64,000 nucleotides of DNA from Schizochytrium sp. TIO01 (taxonomy: Eukaryota; Protista; Bigyra: Labyrinthulomycetes): assembly GCA_004764695.1 (NCBI GenBank), contig SMSO01000031.1, positions 3,324,436 through 3,388,435 of the forward strand, in the 5' to 3' direction. A program made the position numbers and the translations under genes. A model generated the notes under the pieces. The model made no database searches, was not told the DNA's origin, and was given only the letters and a program-made list of their open reading frames with translations. Below, in pieces: positions 44,185-57,092 of the stretch (the first letter of the stretch is position 1; each line of letters opens with the position of its first letter).

Positions 44185-45051
44185 ATGAGTGACACTAAGA
44201 ATGCCGTGGCGGAGCTCGCCAAGGAAATGGGTCTTGCCGGCCTGACCGCCATTGTGGTCGTCAACGGCACCCACCCGATTGACATGGTCAAGACCCGCAT
44301 GCAGATCAACAGCAACTTCAGCATCTCTGCCATGGTTGCTCAGGAGGGCATTGGCTCCCTTTACAAGGGTCTTCCTGCAGCTCTTCTTCGCGAGGCTGCC
44401 TACACCTCCATCAAGCTTGGATGCTACCAGCCTATCAAAAACGTTGTCAAGGGCGTCTACTACACCAGCCCTGAAGACAAGGGCAAGGAGCTTCCTTTTG
44501 CCCTCAAGTTCGCCTCTGGATCTGCAGCTGGCGTTCTTGGCTCCTTCTTTGGTAACCCTTTTGACGTTCTCAAGACTCGCATGATCTCTAACACTGGCAA
44601 GGCTGTCTCCCTGGGCTCTGCGATCAACACTGTTCACCAAGAGCGTGGTATCACCGGCTTCTGGCGTGGTCTTTCCGCCAATGCTCTCCGTGCCTGTGTC
44701 TTGAACGGTACCAAGCTCGCTGTCTTTGATGCCTCCAAGGGCTTCGTTGTCGAGAAGACCGGACTTCCCCGTAAGGATCCTCGTACCGTCTTCCTCGCAT
44801 CTGCCTTCGCCGGTGTTGCTATGACCATTGCTGTAGCTCCCATTGATATGATTCGCACCAAGCTCATGAACGCCTCCGCTTCCGAGTACAACGGCTTCGT
44901 TGATTGCGTCCTTAAGACTGTGCGTAGCGATGGTCCCTTCTCCCTTTACCGTGGAAGCTTCATGATGTGGGCTCGATTTGGACCTCAGGCCACTGGCCAG
45001 CTCGTCGTTTTTGAGGCTCTCCGCTCTGTCTTTGGCATGGACAGCATCTAA
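44185..45051 (+). CDS. Mitochondrial carrier (SLC25), UCP / oxoglutarate-malate / dicarboxylate branch, 288 aa
   Basis: Three PxDxxK/R signatures (HPIDMVKTRMQ, NPFDVLKTRM, APIDMIRTKLM); LLREAAYTSIKLG.Y; WARFGP. Strong codon bias. Substrate is not assignable. Confidence 0.92.
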   Translation: MSDTKNAVAELAKEMGLAGLTAIVVVNGTHPIDMVKTRMQINSNFSISAMVAQEGIGSLYKGLPAALLREAAYTSIKLGCYQPIKNVVKGVYYTSPEDKGKELPFALKFASGSAAGVLGSFFGNPFDVLKTRMISNTGKAVSLGSAINTVHQERGITGFWRGLSANALRACVLNGTKLAVFDASKGFVVEKTGLPRKDPRTVFLASAFAGVAMTIAVAPIDMIRTKLMNASASEYNGFVDCVLKTVRSDGPFSLYRGSFMMWARFGPQATGQLVVFEALRSVFGMDSI

Positions 45052-46394
45052 ACCCCTTCACATTTCAAATGCATTGCTGTAGCATCACTGTTGTAGCTAC
45101 CATGCAGAAAAAAGCCCAAATATGGGTGCATACCCTAGCACGATGATGCAACTGTGCGCATAATCTGCTCCCGTTTACTTGCCTTCCTCCCACGCATGAT
45201 TTTGCTGCGCCCCGAACTTCCTAGGTTTCTCCCTATGTTCGCCCAGCTTATGATACATCGTCAGCACAAGCGTCCTTGTTGTAGGCCGAGCTTGATTTTT
45301 CCTCCGTTGTTTTTGAGGTCCCACATCAAGGTTGTACGGATAAATAACATGTGCCCTTGTGCTTGCATATCTGCTCTAAGCGCCATATTTTTCCTACTAG
45401 AAAGTATGGGCATCCGCAAGATCATGCCTCCTGCCAAAATACAAAAAACTGCGCCACTCCAAAATGCAGGTGATATCTATATTGAATCTACAATTTTAGT
45501 AGACAGGTGTACTTTCACAGAGTGGTACCAATAACGCGACCCTAACACCCAAAACACGCAAAAACAAAACAAACGTACTACTCGCCCCTTCCTAAACCCT
45601 CACTCAAACGAAGTAGTTCGTATCTTTTCCCTCGTGATGTATTCCCCGCATCACAAGTCAGCCAGATTTACACATTTCCCTGTAGTAGTCAATCTTGAAG
45701 AAAAAAATATTTCATTATGTTTCCTGCCTCAGATATGAATCAATTTCCTTGAGTCCCTGAAAAAAACACTTATCTGTTGCTTTATAAGCCTTATTCAAAG
45801 CCCACTGCACCATTTGATATTATTGGCAACCTCATTTTCAAACCATTTAGCTGATCGCTCTTTTTTATTATATATATATAATATAACATATAATAACACA
45901 TAATAACGAGACAAACACCATACCCAACAGAATAAAATCAGAAGTATGTCACAAAGAAAGGCCTTGTGTCACGGTTCTCAGATGCTAATGAGGTAGCTTG
46001 AAAGCGGTTTTCTTGAGAGACATTTTCCCCGTATGTCTATAAACTCATCAGCCCCACAGTCTTTTCAGTAAGATGGGTAACAACGCCTCTGCCGATCAAT
46101 TTCCCTGTTGAATCCTGTGTCAGTCCGTATTATCTACAAGCGGCTCAATGATCGATCTCTTTGACTCCCAAAGCAATTCCTATTTTTTCTAAAGCTGTGA
46201 AAATCCATACGTTTGACAAGCCCTTCTTTTATTATACCAAAATTTTCATAACGATTACTGTAGAACTTCTACAACCCGGATAGCACCGATTAGAAAGATA
46301 AAGCAGCAAAACCGTTTTGGCGAAAAGGGGTCTCTAGTGGACTCAGTTCCGCCTTGACTTTACGAGCAACGGCGTCTCATCCCTTGCTAGAGCC

Positions 46395-48356
46395 ATGGCC
46401 TCTCTCTCTCGAAAGGGCAGTCCTGTCAATGTGCACCCTGCTCAAAAGGCCTTTGCAGATGCCAAGCGCGAAGTGGGTCGCCAGAGCAGAGGTGCTTCTG
46501 CTGTAGACCCAGGTCTTCTTGCATATGGTGTTCTTTGGGCAGAAGTTGATTCCTGCACGGAAGATGATCTCCGTGTGGTTAACGGCCTGCTGAGAAGAAC
46601 TAGTACAGCAAATCTGCGGGAGATCAGGCTTTTGCTTGGCGTGCAGGTTGCGGCAACAAATTTAGATGTTCGCAATGCAACCGGCGATGTTACGGCACTG
46701 ATGCCACGGCGAAGATTTCACCGCGGCCATCGAGGCGAGAAGGCATTGGTATTGCGACCAGAGCCCAATCTTCAGCTTGGTATAGCGCTTAAAATTGCAC
46801 TTAAAGCAGACCTTGGAAGGCTCAAGAACCTCGAATTAATTGGGATCAAATTTGGTCCTGAGGCAATGCGCGAAGTCAGAGCAGGCCTCGGTCAAGCTCG
46901 GGGTCTTGAAAGAATTTCATTTAGGGGTTCGAAGATTGGTGATGCAGCATTCGCAGAACTTTATGAAGGTCTTGGCTCGAATGAGACCATTCAAATGTTG
47001 ACACTTTCGGCATGCGACCTCACTGATAAAAGCGCCGGAGGCGTAGGGCACATTCTTCGTTGTCATGCTCAACGTCGCAATGATAAACGCTGGGGGAAAA
47101 GCTTGCGACGCACCGGTCTAGAGGAGGCCACGTTGCTTTCGATGGAAGAGTACAATCAAGTTGCAATGACCGGCCTGCTTGCGGTAGACCTTTCTAACAA
47201 TAACTGTGGAGATGGTCTTGCCCGAGCACTTGCGCACGAAATTGCTGCTGATGACTGGCTTGGGGCCATCAACCTGTCCGGAAATTCCATCGGACGAGCT
47301 GGAACAGAATCCCTGCTTGACGCAATGGAGCAGTCAAACGACGCCTTGGCGATTCTAGATTTGCGGGATAACATTGATAGGGAAGGCACCTCTCGAATCG
47401 ATGCGTTCCTTCGTGCTCGCAATAATTTGCCAAACGCAGGGTTTCTAATGCGACCTATTCCCGAAGAAAACTCCATGAGTATCCCATGTGCAAGCAGTAT
47501 CATCGCGTCTGCCATTGTCAAATGGCAAAGTGGACATCAAGTGTCCTCATCTCTAACATCACTTATTGCATCTCTTGGTATATTATTCGAAGACGACCCC
47601 TTTAGCGTTCTAATTCCTGATGATATTGACTATCGACCAACAAGAGGAGCACACATTCGTTCACACAGCACAGGGCGCGAAAATCACCAACCAAATAAGC
47701 AAGCATCTCGGGCTTATGAAAACCACACGAAGCCACCCATGGTTGCACGTACAAAATTATCATCTCAGCAACGGGACCATTCAACTAGGAGACCAGTATC
47801 ACAAAACCCACGTGCAGCAAAGTCCAATGATACTTTCTCAAGATTGCAGCACCCCGCAGAAGCAAAGTTTATCTCATCAGCAGGTTTACCCGTTGGTGAG
47901 TCGCTTAAATCCTCATCCTCCTCAATGACAAAGAGAAGGCCATCCAGCAGAAAGCCATCAATGACTTCTACTAGTAGTAAAAAACCCTCATCGAGGTCTT
48001 CTTCGCTAAAGTCAGGCCGCAAAAAAACTGACAAAGCAGCATATGTTGCACAATTATTTGCACAAGAAGTTGACAAGGCAATTGCAGAGTACACAACAAA
48101 TATGAATGAATCAGAGGTTTCACTTATTAGATCAAATACAGCTGCAATGGATCTGTTGGAAAAATCAGTTCAGGAGCTCAATGAACAGCTCGATAACCAC
48201 CCTAGGTCGCCAGTTCCAGATCCCAATAGTTCGCTAGAAGCTGCGCCCCATGACAGCGTGCAAGGCCGGGAAGCTGAGTATTTATCAAGCGAATTTGAAG
48301 CTGATGCTCTTGCACAAAACGTTGCTGCAAGACTTTCTGAACTTTGGCATTCATGA
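46395..48356 (+). CDS. CEP78: CEP78-like leucine-rich-repeat centriolar protein, 653 aa
   Basis: RI-like LRRs with the CEP78-type insert ILRCHAQRRNDKRWGKSLR, then LSNNNCGD..ARALA..IAADDWL.AINL...LAILDLRDN. Disordered tail with a short coiled coil. Confidence 0.75.
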   Translation: MASLSRKGSPVNVHPAQKAFADAKREVGRQSRGASAVDPGLLAYGVLWAEVDSCTEDDLRVVNGLLRRTSTANLREIRLLLGVQVAATNLDVRNATGDVTALMPRRRFHRGHRGEKALVLRPEPNLQLGIALKIALKADLGRLKNLELIGIKFGPEAMREVRAGLGQARGLERISFRGSKIGDAAFAELYEGLGSNETIQMLTLSACDLTDKSAGGVGHILRCHAQRRNDKRWGKSLRRTGLEEATLLSMEEYNQVAMTGLLAVDLSNNNCGDGLARALAHEIAADDWLGAINLSGNSIGRAGTESLLDAMEQSNDALAILDLRDNIDREGTSRIDAFLRARNNLPNAGFLMRPIPEENSMSIPCASSIIASAIVKWQSGHQVSSSLTSLIASLGILFEDDPFSVLIPDDIDYRPTRGAHIRSHSTGRENHQPNKQASRAYENHTKPPMVARTKLSSQQRDHSTRRPVSQNPRAAKSNDTFSRLQHPAEAKFISSAGLPVGESLKSSSSSMTKRRPSSRKPSMTSTSSKKPSSRSSSLKSGRKKTDKAAYVAQLFAQEVDKAIAEYTTNMNESEVSLIRSNTAAMDLLEKSVQELNEQLDNHPRSPVPDPNSSLEAAPHDSVQGREAEYLSSEFEADALAQNVAARLSELWHS

Positions 48357-49006
48357 AGGCCGGATCAACCAAATTCCTCAAGAACAATTCCAATTATTTC
48401 TGTATGTAGCTATTACTTCTGACGACCATTGTATTCAAATCATGAATAACTCAAATTAGCCCATGTTCACCATTTTCTTCTTTAAGGAAAAATAGCACAT
48501 AGTAATATTACCATTTAAGAAAGACGGCGTTTCTTATACCTTCTCGTTCTGGTAATTCCTATAGCTTTTGATGCTGTTTTTTTTAAAATTAAATTTATTT
48601 ATTTAACAAGACAAGCATGTAGGGGCATTGTGGAAGTTGTATCCTCAATATTTCTCAAAGGTCTCTATAACTATGCGATGGTGATAGAATCAAACGTCTA
48701 CAATACCCCCTTCCAACGGCTCGCTTCAGTGTAAGCGCGGACTATGTCATTTTAATGATAGGGGAGAAGGCGAAAATGGAAAGGTGCACACGGGACGAAT
48801 AGAGTGCCTTTCACTTGTTGACCGAGGCTTGGCGTAGCTGACGCACTGCAAATCCTGCGAAGCTGCCGTGCCTCACGCGGTGTTTGGCCACTTCCACTGG
48901 ATTGCTTGTCGCCCACTGGTGACGGTGTAAAACCGCGGGCGAAGACAGAGATCGCATAGCATATAGTGCTGCAAAGAGAGGAAAGCTAGCTCATTCTAAA
49001 GACATC

Positions 49007-50582
49007 ATGACAGAGACGCGCAATAACAGCATCCCGTCGAGCTATGCGAAAGAGTTCGCGATGCCGGATGGATTTCCTGAGATTGTAAGCAGACTCGCTC
49101 GCGAAATTCTTCGCGAGCAACCCGAAGATCTAGATACTTTCTGCTTGCAATACTTTGAAGGACGTTTGCAATCAGAGCCCGAAGCTGGCATGTTCCGAAG
49201 TGGTAAGCGTAACAGCATCCTTGAGGATCCGGACCCTGGTCTAATTCTTACTGAGATGAGTCCTCAGGAGATTGAAGAGCTCATCCACAGCCTTTTTCGT
49301 GAACAGGATGTCGATGGAAATCATACCTTGGATAGACATGAGTTCAAAATGGTTTTTAATAAGCTTGGTGCGCAGTTAGGCCTTCGTAAGAATGATGTTC
49401 GTCGTATCCTCGCTGAGGCAGACCGAGATGAGAATGGCCTTGTCAGCTACGCCGAGTTTATTCCTGTTGCTATGGGTGTAATTCAAACTCTTGTCGCTAA
49501 ATATGAGCTACGCCAAGAGGAAGAGCGGATGGCCAAGGTGAAGCAAGACGCTGAAAGCCACATTTACCATGGTATGCCACACGAGGAACTTGAAGAGATT
49601 CTAACTAGTATCTTTCGTGAGGCTGATACTGATGGAAATGGAACCCTTGATCTTGATGAGTTTGAACGTTGCCTAGCCGATATCCGTATTGGCATGACTC
49701 GCAAGGAGCGCAACGTTCTCATGTTTGAGACTTATGCAGATCAAGATGGGAAAATCGCTTATGAAGCCTTCAAGCCTCTTTGCATGGAGCTTCTAACGGA
49801 GCTGACTGCTCAAGAGTGGATGGCACCTTCACAAGACGTACAAGATCTTCATGTCACAATTCTTGATGAATGTAAGAGCCTAGATTCTAAGAAAACAGGC
49901 AAACTCTCACACGAAGATCTTCAACAGGCCTTGTCTTCCATGGACCTTGGCTTGACGTTGCTTCAGATTTGCTCAATTCTTTCAGAGACAGATGACGACG
50001 ACCTTGGTATGGTGGACTACGTAGCTGCTGTGCCCAGAATTGCCTTCATGGTGCATTCTTGTATGCACTATAGTCAAAAACTTGTCGAAAAACAAGAGCA
50101 AATGCAAACTCTACATGCATCAGACGGTTGGGGAATGGTCTTTGGTAGAGACAGAGATCAGCTTGAAGGAGAGCTTCTTAGTGCATTCCGCGATCTTGAT
50201 TATGACGGTGTTGGTTGCCTTTCTCGTGAGGAAATCAAAGCTACATTAAAATCTGTGTTGCCAGATCTCGATAGGCCTTCGATGCATGCTTTGCTTGCCC
50301 TCGCACCACAGACAGAAACAGCACAATATAGGTACTCTCCAGTTGTGGAGCAAGCGTTCGTAAGTTTTTCAGTTGCCCTTTATTGTACCAAATTGGTCAT
50401 TCATTAGCCCCTTCTTCTGGACATTTCATCCGAAAGATGAAAGCCAAGAAGTCAAAAGGATATCTTTGCATGAAACTAACTCTTTTTTACCTTTCAATTA
50501 TGTGATGGATCATTTGTAAATTACACAGCGTACACTCAAGGGCTTGATGGAGCTGGCTATTATTGTCGAGGACGATGAATAA
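49007..50582 (+). CDS. RIIa dimerisation/docking domain + multiple EF-hand protein (radial spoke RSP7-like); exons 49007-50359 and 50529-50582, 468 aa
   Basis: N-terminal MPDGFPEIVSRLAREILREQPEDL..FC.QYF. EF loops DVDGNHTLDRHE, DRDENGLVSYAE, DTDGNGTLDLDE, DYDGVGCLSREE plus degenerate ones. Confidence 0.85.
50360..50528 (+). other. GT-AG spliceosomal intron, 169 nt, phase 0
   Basis: Donor GTAAGT at 50360, ACTAAC branch-like motif at 50475, ACACAG acceptor ending at 50528. Splicing gives in-frame RTLKGLMELAIIVEDDE*. Confidence 0.75.
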
Positions 50583-51130
50583 GTGTACAATTTCTTTCCT
50601 TTCCCAAACAATCGTCTTCAAGGATATTTGGCTATTGCCTGATCGCTGCTTTACGGTCGTACTACAAATGCATTAAAAAATCATCAAAGATTAAGTTGTT
50701 CTTTTCTTCTTGATTTAAATGTCACACAAACCAACAAAATAGGCTTATTCTTTTTTATTTGTAAAAAAAGAAGAAGAATTTTTTTAATAAATTGTCGCAG
50801 CACATTCAAAGGTACATACTCTAAAACCAAATATAAATCACTCAAGGGCTTGAACTAGGGCCGTTACGTTGTTATTCTTCGTTGCTTTTGCTATGTGTTC
50901 TTCAGGTTTTGGCATGAACGGACTGTTTAAGATTTCCAGGAAGAAATGTGTAATTTTAAAAAATATAAGAAAGATTTAAATTAGCATAGGATTGCTATTC
51001 TAGGTTGTTGCACTACACTCAAAATGCAGATACCTGAGACGCGAAACTGCAGCGAAAGCGATGCTTCAAGCTTAGCTATTAAGAAAAGGAAACTCACTTC
51101 GAAAATCAGCCATATAATTGTATGCTTTAT

Positions 51131-52640
51131 TTATGCTTGTTGTAGCATTTGGGCTTCGTTAGTGTTGGTCGTACCGGAGGAGTTCGAATCAGAATTGTCG
51201 AGAGAAGCAGACTTTCCACTGCGAGCCTTGGCAATCGATGCACGATGCTCAGGAGTATCACACGAAACAAAGACGCTTTGGCCGCCATGCTCAGACATGT
51301 CAAGTCCAGATTCCTCAAATTCAGCAGATACACGAAGGAAATCAACTGCTTTGAGAGCTAGAAAATAGGGTCCCATCATGAGAGAGACCCATGCTATAAT
51401 CGCGAGAACTCCAACAAATTGAATGCGGAACTGCAAAGCTGACTCCCAACCCTTGCAAGACTCGGCACTGGAATAAGCAGCACTAATGAACTCCGGGTTA
51501 GCAAAGACTCCGGTAACGAGAACACCGAAAATACCGCATGCACCATGGACAGCAATTGCATCAACAGGATCATCAATACGACATTTCAAGACGAGCTTGG
51601 AGGCTTCCAATGTATACAAACGATGCAAGGAATCCAATTACTACAGCAGCCCAGTCATCAACGACACTGCAGCCGGCGGTGATTGCGACGAGGCCACCGA
51701 GAGCAGAGTTAAGGACCATGCCGATATCAAAATGACCAGTCATGAACTTGCTTGCAATGATTGTGGTGAGAACTGCAGTGGAAGGGCTGAGAGTAGTAGT
51801 GACTGCAACCTTGGAGGCGTTAGGGCCATCAAATGCAAGGGTTGAACCACAGTTGAAGCCATACCATCCAAACCAGAGGATGAACACTCCGAGAGCCTGG
51901 ACCGTAATATTGTGGGCTGGAATGTCTACAATTTTACCATCAGCATCGAAACGCCCGAGGCGTGGACCAAGAATAACTGCACCCCAGAATGCTGCAACTC
52001 CACCAGTCATGTGGACTACACCGGAGCCAGCATAGTCAATCATGCCGCAGCCTCCCTCATCAGCAAAGATAGAGTCGCTCCGGGCAAACTGAAACATAGA
52101 AATCCAGCCACCAGTAGCCCAGATCCAGTGGGAGATAACAGGATAGACAAAAGCGGTGAGCCACGCTGCTGTGCAAAAGTAAGCGATAAGATTAATTCGC
52201 CCAGCTACAGCACCTGAAACAATGGTGGCGGCGGTGGCGGCAAATACAGCCTGAAAGAACCAGAGATGGCGAGTCTCATTCGTTTCATCAGACATAGCAA
52301 AGTTCCCTTGTCCGATGAATCGGTATGTGCCGACATTAGGGTTCGGAGTATCTCCGTTCATTTTGAGGTTGTTGGTACCATAGGCAAATGCATACCCAAC
52401 CAGGTAGTAGAAGAAGGATCCAATAGCGACAGTGCCCATATTTTTGAAGAGAATATTAATGGCATTTTTGTGTTGCACTGAGCCTGCCTCAAGCATGGTA
52501 AATCCCGCATGCATCCAGAAAACCAGGAAACCTGCAATTAGAATCCAGAGCTGGTCAGCATTGCTCTGGAGAGACGATGTTGAGCTTTCCAAAGCAGAAA
52601 GTCGCTCTTCAAACAATGTGTAATTGAAAGTGGCAGACAT
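51131..52640 (-). CDS. AMT1: AMT1-type ammonium transporter, copy A, with a +1 frameshift at 51605-51606 (pseudogene or sequencing error)
   Basis: MHAGFTMLEAG, WFFQ..FAATAATIVSGA, DYAGSGVVHMTGG, LWFGWYGFNCGS in one frame; DDPVDAIAVHG, LRV..E.E..GLD.SEHG in the next. Removing one A from GGAAGCC restores GASK as in copy B. Confidence 0.9.
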
Positions 52641-55200
52641 CTTCACAGTCACAACCTCCGTCGCTGGTTAGACGTCCAAAATTACGATACCTTGTTAAGG
52701 TTCTGCTTTCATTTTATAAGCTCGAACCCGCCATCTCCTCTTTCAGCATTATTTCTCCTTTATTTTTAATCGTTACCCAATTCTCCATCCCTTTTACCGC
52801 TCTTCTATGCTAAGTGTACTTTTATCGTAGACTGTCCCTTCCAATATTTATACAATTTGACTTCCATACGTTCAAGCTTAGGGTCTCCATGCGAAACCAG
52901 AAAGAGCTTGGCGTTTTTTTTTTCACATCCCCAGGCCTGGCTGTCAATTGCCGCACCATCTAGATACGCAATACGCAAAACTTTACAATCGTGCGCCGCG
53001 CTTGATACCAGTGCATCCGCACTCCTCCATTCCTTGCTCCCTCCTCCTTCGCTCTGTGTGGTCTCGCAGTGCTCGTACGGATGGATGGTCGATTTGACCA
53101 AAGTTCTACAGTACATCCGGCGATAGGACTTGGGACTCATTCGATATGTCTGGAGGAGAACCGTCGAACTGCTCGCCCGTCAGGGACTTGTCTCCGTGGT
53201 ACTTATGGCCTACCTTTACACCCCTATGTTGATTGAGCTCTCATGGCCCACCACTCTCCAAGCAACTGGATTTCAGCTTCTGCGCGGGATTTGCTTATGG
53301 ACACGTGGTGCAGGAAAAGTCTTCAAGCAAGCAAGCAAGCAAACAAAAAAGCAAGCAAGCTTGGGATTCAAGTGAAACTCCCTCTTGCTGAAACGACCTG
53401 AAGAGGGGAAAAAGAGAGACAGAAAATTTTTAATTTTATAAATGAACAGAAAGTTTCAGAACCTGTGCATTACGATGTGCTTGCCAGTTCGAGCCATGGC
53501 GATCTCAAGCCGTTTGCGAGGTCGCAGAGACAATGCTTCTACCGCAAACCCTGTTAGAAAACCAAATCGAAGTTCCATAAAAAATATGAAACTGCTTTGG
53601 GGGTTAGTTGTCTTTCTCTGCTTGTCCTGGCTGGTCCTGCACTGTCGCACTTATCAGAGAACCGTTGAACTTTACATTGAACCTCATTGAGCTGTTTACG
53701 CACTTGAAGTGCAATTAAATAATCATCACTGAGTGAGCAGCCTCCGGTTCGACGCCTCGATGACGGCGATGACGCGACGTCTTGGAGGTGCTGTTTGAGT
53801 CATTATTGTAGTACCAAGTTCTAACTTAGTTAAGGATGGAACCAGTATAGCTTTTCGTCCTTTGCGGCGCTGATTTGATAAATCTCATTCGATTATGAAA
53901 CCGAACGCGAGAATTCGCGTTTGCAACTCGAAAAGCGCAGTCCGAAACCAGTTGATCAGTATATTAACAACTAACAAAGCATGTCGTATTACGATGATCT
54001 GTTTTGACGTCTTGAACACGGGTCACAAGTTTGGAAATGAAGTTGCCCTAGAGCAAAGCCCACTCTACAATTTTTATGACTCAGTGTTAAACTTTGCAAA
54101 ACTAAGAATTGACATAGTCTCCGGATAAGCTCAATCTCGTAATTCTTTTTCAAAGCTGATGCGAGCGAACCAAATGCATGGTTACAAAAACAAATGCAGT
54201 AGTTTTGAGTTGTGCCTTCGCACGAAACGATCTCGTTGGCTTACTTCTAGTTCAATGTACAGCGTGAAATTCTGCGAGACCCGAGCGACCCGTTGTGCCA
54301 TAATAGCAAATACCAGTATGTCTACACATGCGCGATTGGTCGCGCGAAACGATTTTCAGCACCCGTTGCAATTGCATGAGCTCCATTTTTAGAAATCTAC
54401 ACTTGCTTCATAACCGTGAAATTGCGTTTTTAAATTGTGACCAGAAGGGGTGTGCTCTGCGATATCGACACATCTGACTGCCTCATGTTTATTGGCACGT
54501 GCAGTTGGCTCATCAGGTACCGACTCAGAATTGAGCAATCCACGCTTACCCACAAAGGTTCGCAGGTACTCACATCAGCTTTCGAGGCACACAATGCCTC
54601 AATCAGAACATCTGCGCATCTAGATAGGGATCAGCTTTGTGAAAACGATCACTCAATCACTTCGCAGTTTAGGACAGTATTCGCTTAGTTATTCTCTGAC
54701 ATGAAAGTATAATATATCTCAACGAAGGTTTCTAATGAATACCCTTTATTTCCGTTTTATGAAACCCTATGCATATATTTAAAATTATTTCAAGTTTTCT
54801 TAGAAAGTCTATTGTTTCCTTTCTCACTGTCAGGTAAAAAATTAATTTAAAAACAAACAAAAAACAAACGTTTTCTTGTTTTATTTTTTTTTAAATTAAA
54901 AACATCTTTAATCGTAGGACCTATCTTTAAAAATGATGAACCTGATACCCCTCATATGTAAAAGTGAAAATAGATAAGTCTTACATTTATAGACTAACAG
55001 AACTATACATTTTAAAATTAAAAATAAGCAGAAATAAGCATGTATCTAATCTATTACCAACACTGGTGAGTACGTTCCTTCTTACATTACAAAGTTGCTT
55101 TCAGGACGGTAAAACTTATTGGCTCTACTTACTAAAAGTCCTTCAAGTTAGGGTTTATTTATTAATCCTTTCAAAGTAAGAGAGAGATAGGCAAAACAGG

Positions 55201-55230
<30 letters not shown>
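55201..55230. repeat. A30 homopolymer
   Basis: 30 consecutive A between the two AMT genes. Confidence 0.95.
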
Positions 55231-55232
<2 letters not shown>

Positions 55233-57092
55233 AGTTGAAAATAAATGAACAAGTGAGCAAAGCAAGAAAGTAGTCGTAAGAAATGGGAGAACTAGGAAGA
55301 AAACTGAGCAAAACAAATGTTTTCCTGAGTTTTGCTCGGAACTCGAGCCACGCGAACGGCGCCGAAAGAAAGGCCACCGATGAAAGCCCTCGACTCGGAC
55401 TCAAGTAGCTGACAAGAGTACCACTCCATCCTTACAATCTAGTTTCCACGCTCCTCCATTCAAGGCTGTTTCGCAAAACTAGGTAAGGTGGAGCCAGAGC
55501 CGACGAGACCTTCATTTAGATATATATACCTTCTCCTTCTCCTTTGGGCGCAGGCCCGGAATTCCGGGACTCCAATGAGCCGGCGTCACAACCAAATGGT
55601 CCGCAGCCGGGAGCCTCCGGGTATAAATGGGAGCCTCCCTGACTAGATGGCCCGAGTCTTGCATGACGAAAGATCGCAAGTCCCAAGAAGAGTGGACCTG
55701 TCATGTTATTATAACCAGTTTCGGCATGGACCAGCTAGAGATTGTGGAGATCGTGCAAGAGAGTAGCTGATTGTGCTGAGTGCGAGAACAGCGGCTTTTT
55801 CAATAGGCCGGGGATGTTCAATTCTGAATTGACGAAGAATAGGAGAAATAATGGAAACGAATTGCAGCACAATCTTGGGTAGGGAGCTCTTTGTAACAAT
55901 GTAGCTATGATAAACAGTAGAACTGAAGAGCTCTGCAGAAGGCTTGTGCTGGTGCGCAATGACCACTAATTCGTATTTGAATAGCGATATGATTCTCCAT
56001 ATTTATTCGATTTTGGAATGCACAGGTGTGCACAATGAAAAATACGAATTGCACTAGCCTAGACTTTGTGCATTTAAGACCAAAGAGAGGTATGCGGGTT
56101 CATTTAAAGTCCCCTGGGGTTCCCCTTGACGAAACAGAGAGTATTTGTCGTATGAGAACCTTCAAGCTCGCATCTGCAAGGGAAGAATAGTGTGCTGCAA
56201 ATCATTTCAGGTGTGCATTTCTGGTTGTCGTCTTGCTAGATTATAGATAAACGATAAGAAAAAGGAGGGGGGGGCAGGATTTAAAGAGTGTTTTGATCAG
56301 TAGTGGCGTATATGTTAATTACGAGCCGATCCAACGTTACAAGATGAGAATTAGAGGGAGGCATTCTATGGGATTGATTTTCTTTAGGTTGTGGCGTTTG
56401 TATGAGAGGTCTGTCTATATTGGGTAAGTAAGCTGCAAGTTTGATCTTGGAAGTTACTAGGGTTCCCTTGTAGGACGAAATGAAATTTCTTACGCAATAA
56501 GCACTCTAGAGTTGATTACACGTGAACGTCTTCAAAAGTTGTAGTCTTGGTCCACGAGAAATGACACAAGCTCTTCAATTTGCATAGACACTGAAAACTT
56601 CTTGATATTCACGTTGTCCATAAAACACAGTATCAACATCTTTTCAACATGAATTAGTTTGTGGTTCTCTGGTCATACAATCAGACTCCTCAAGCTTGTT
56701 GCATTTGGAGCGCGCAAATCTCATCTTTGCAGAGATGAAACCAAGAATCAACAATCCTACTTCAATATTTTCGGAGAGTTGGCCAAATCATCAAATCAAT
56801 CAAGGTTTCGTAAATTGACTCACCAAAATAATACATGATGCGTTGAAAGTTTAGTATGAGAAAGAGTCTTTGCAATTGTCGATGAAAAGCAAAAAAAAAA
56901 AATGAGAGCTACGCACTGCACAAACTGATCAAGAACTCCCTGGTCTTGTTGTGTGTTGCCGCTGCACTTGATACGATATGGACAAACGGTCAAACGAGTA
57001 CGGTGCTAAGTTCATGGGGTAGGGGGAGCGAATAAGGGATATATTGGATGACGAAGATCCATGCGAGTCTTCGGTTTGCACCCAAAGGTCGT

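Noticed and set aside
52805-53140. 111-aa minus ORF upstream of AMT copy A with a faint methyltransferase-like FLVSHGDP
   Set aside because: No SAM-binding motif, non-ATG start, and too short a match.
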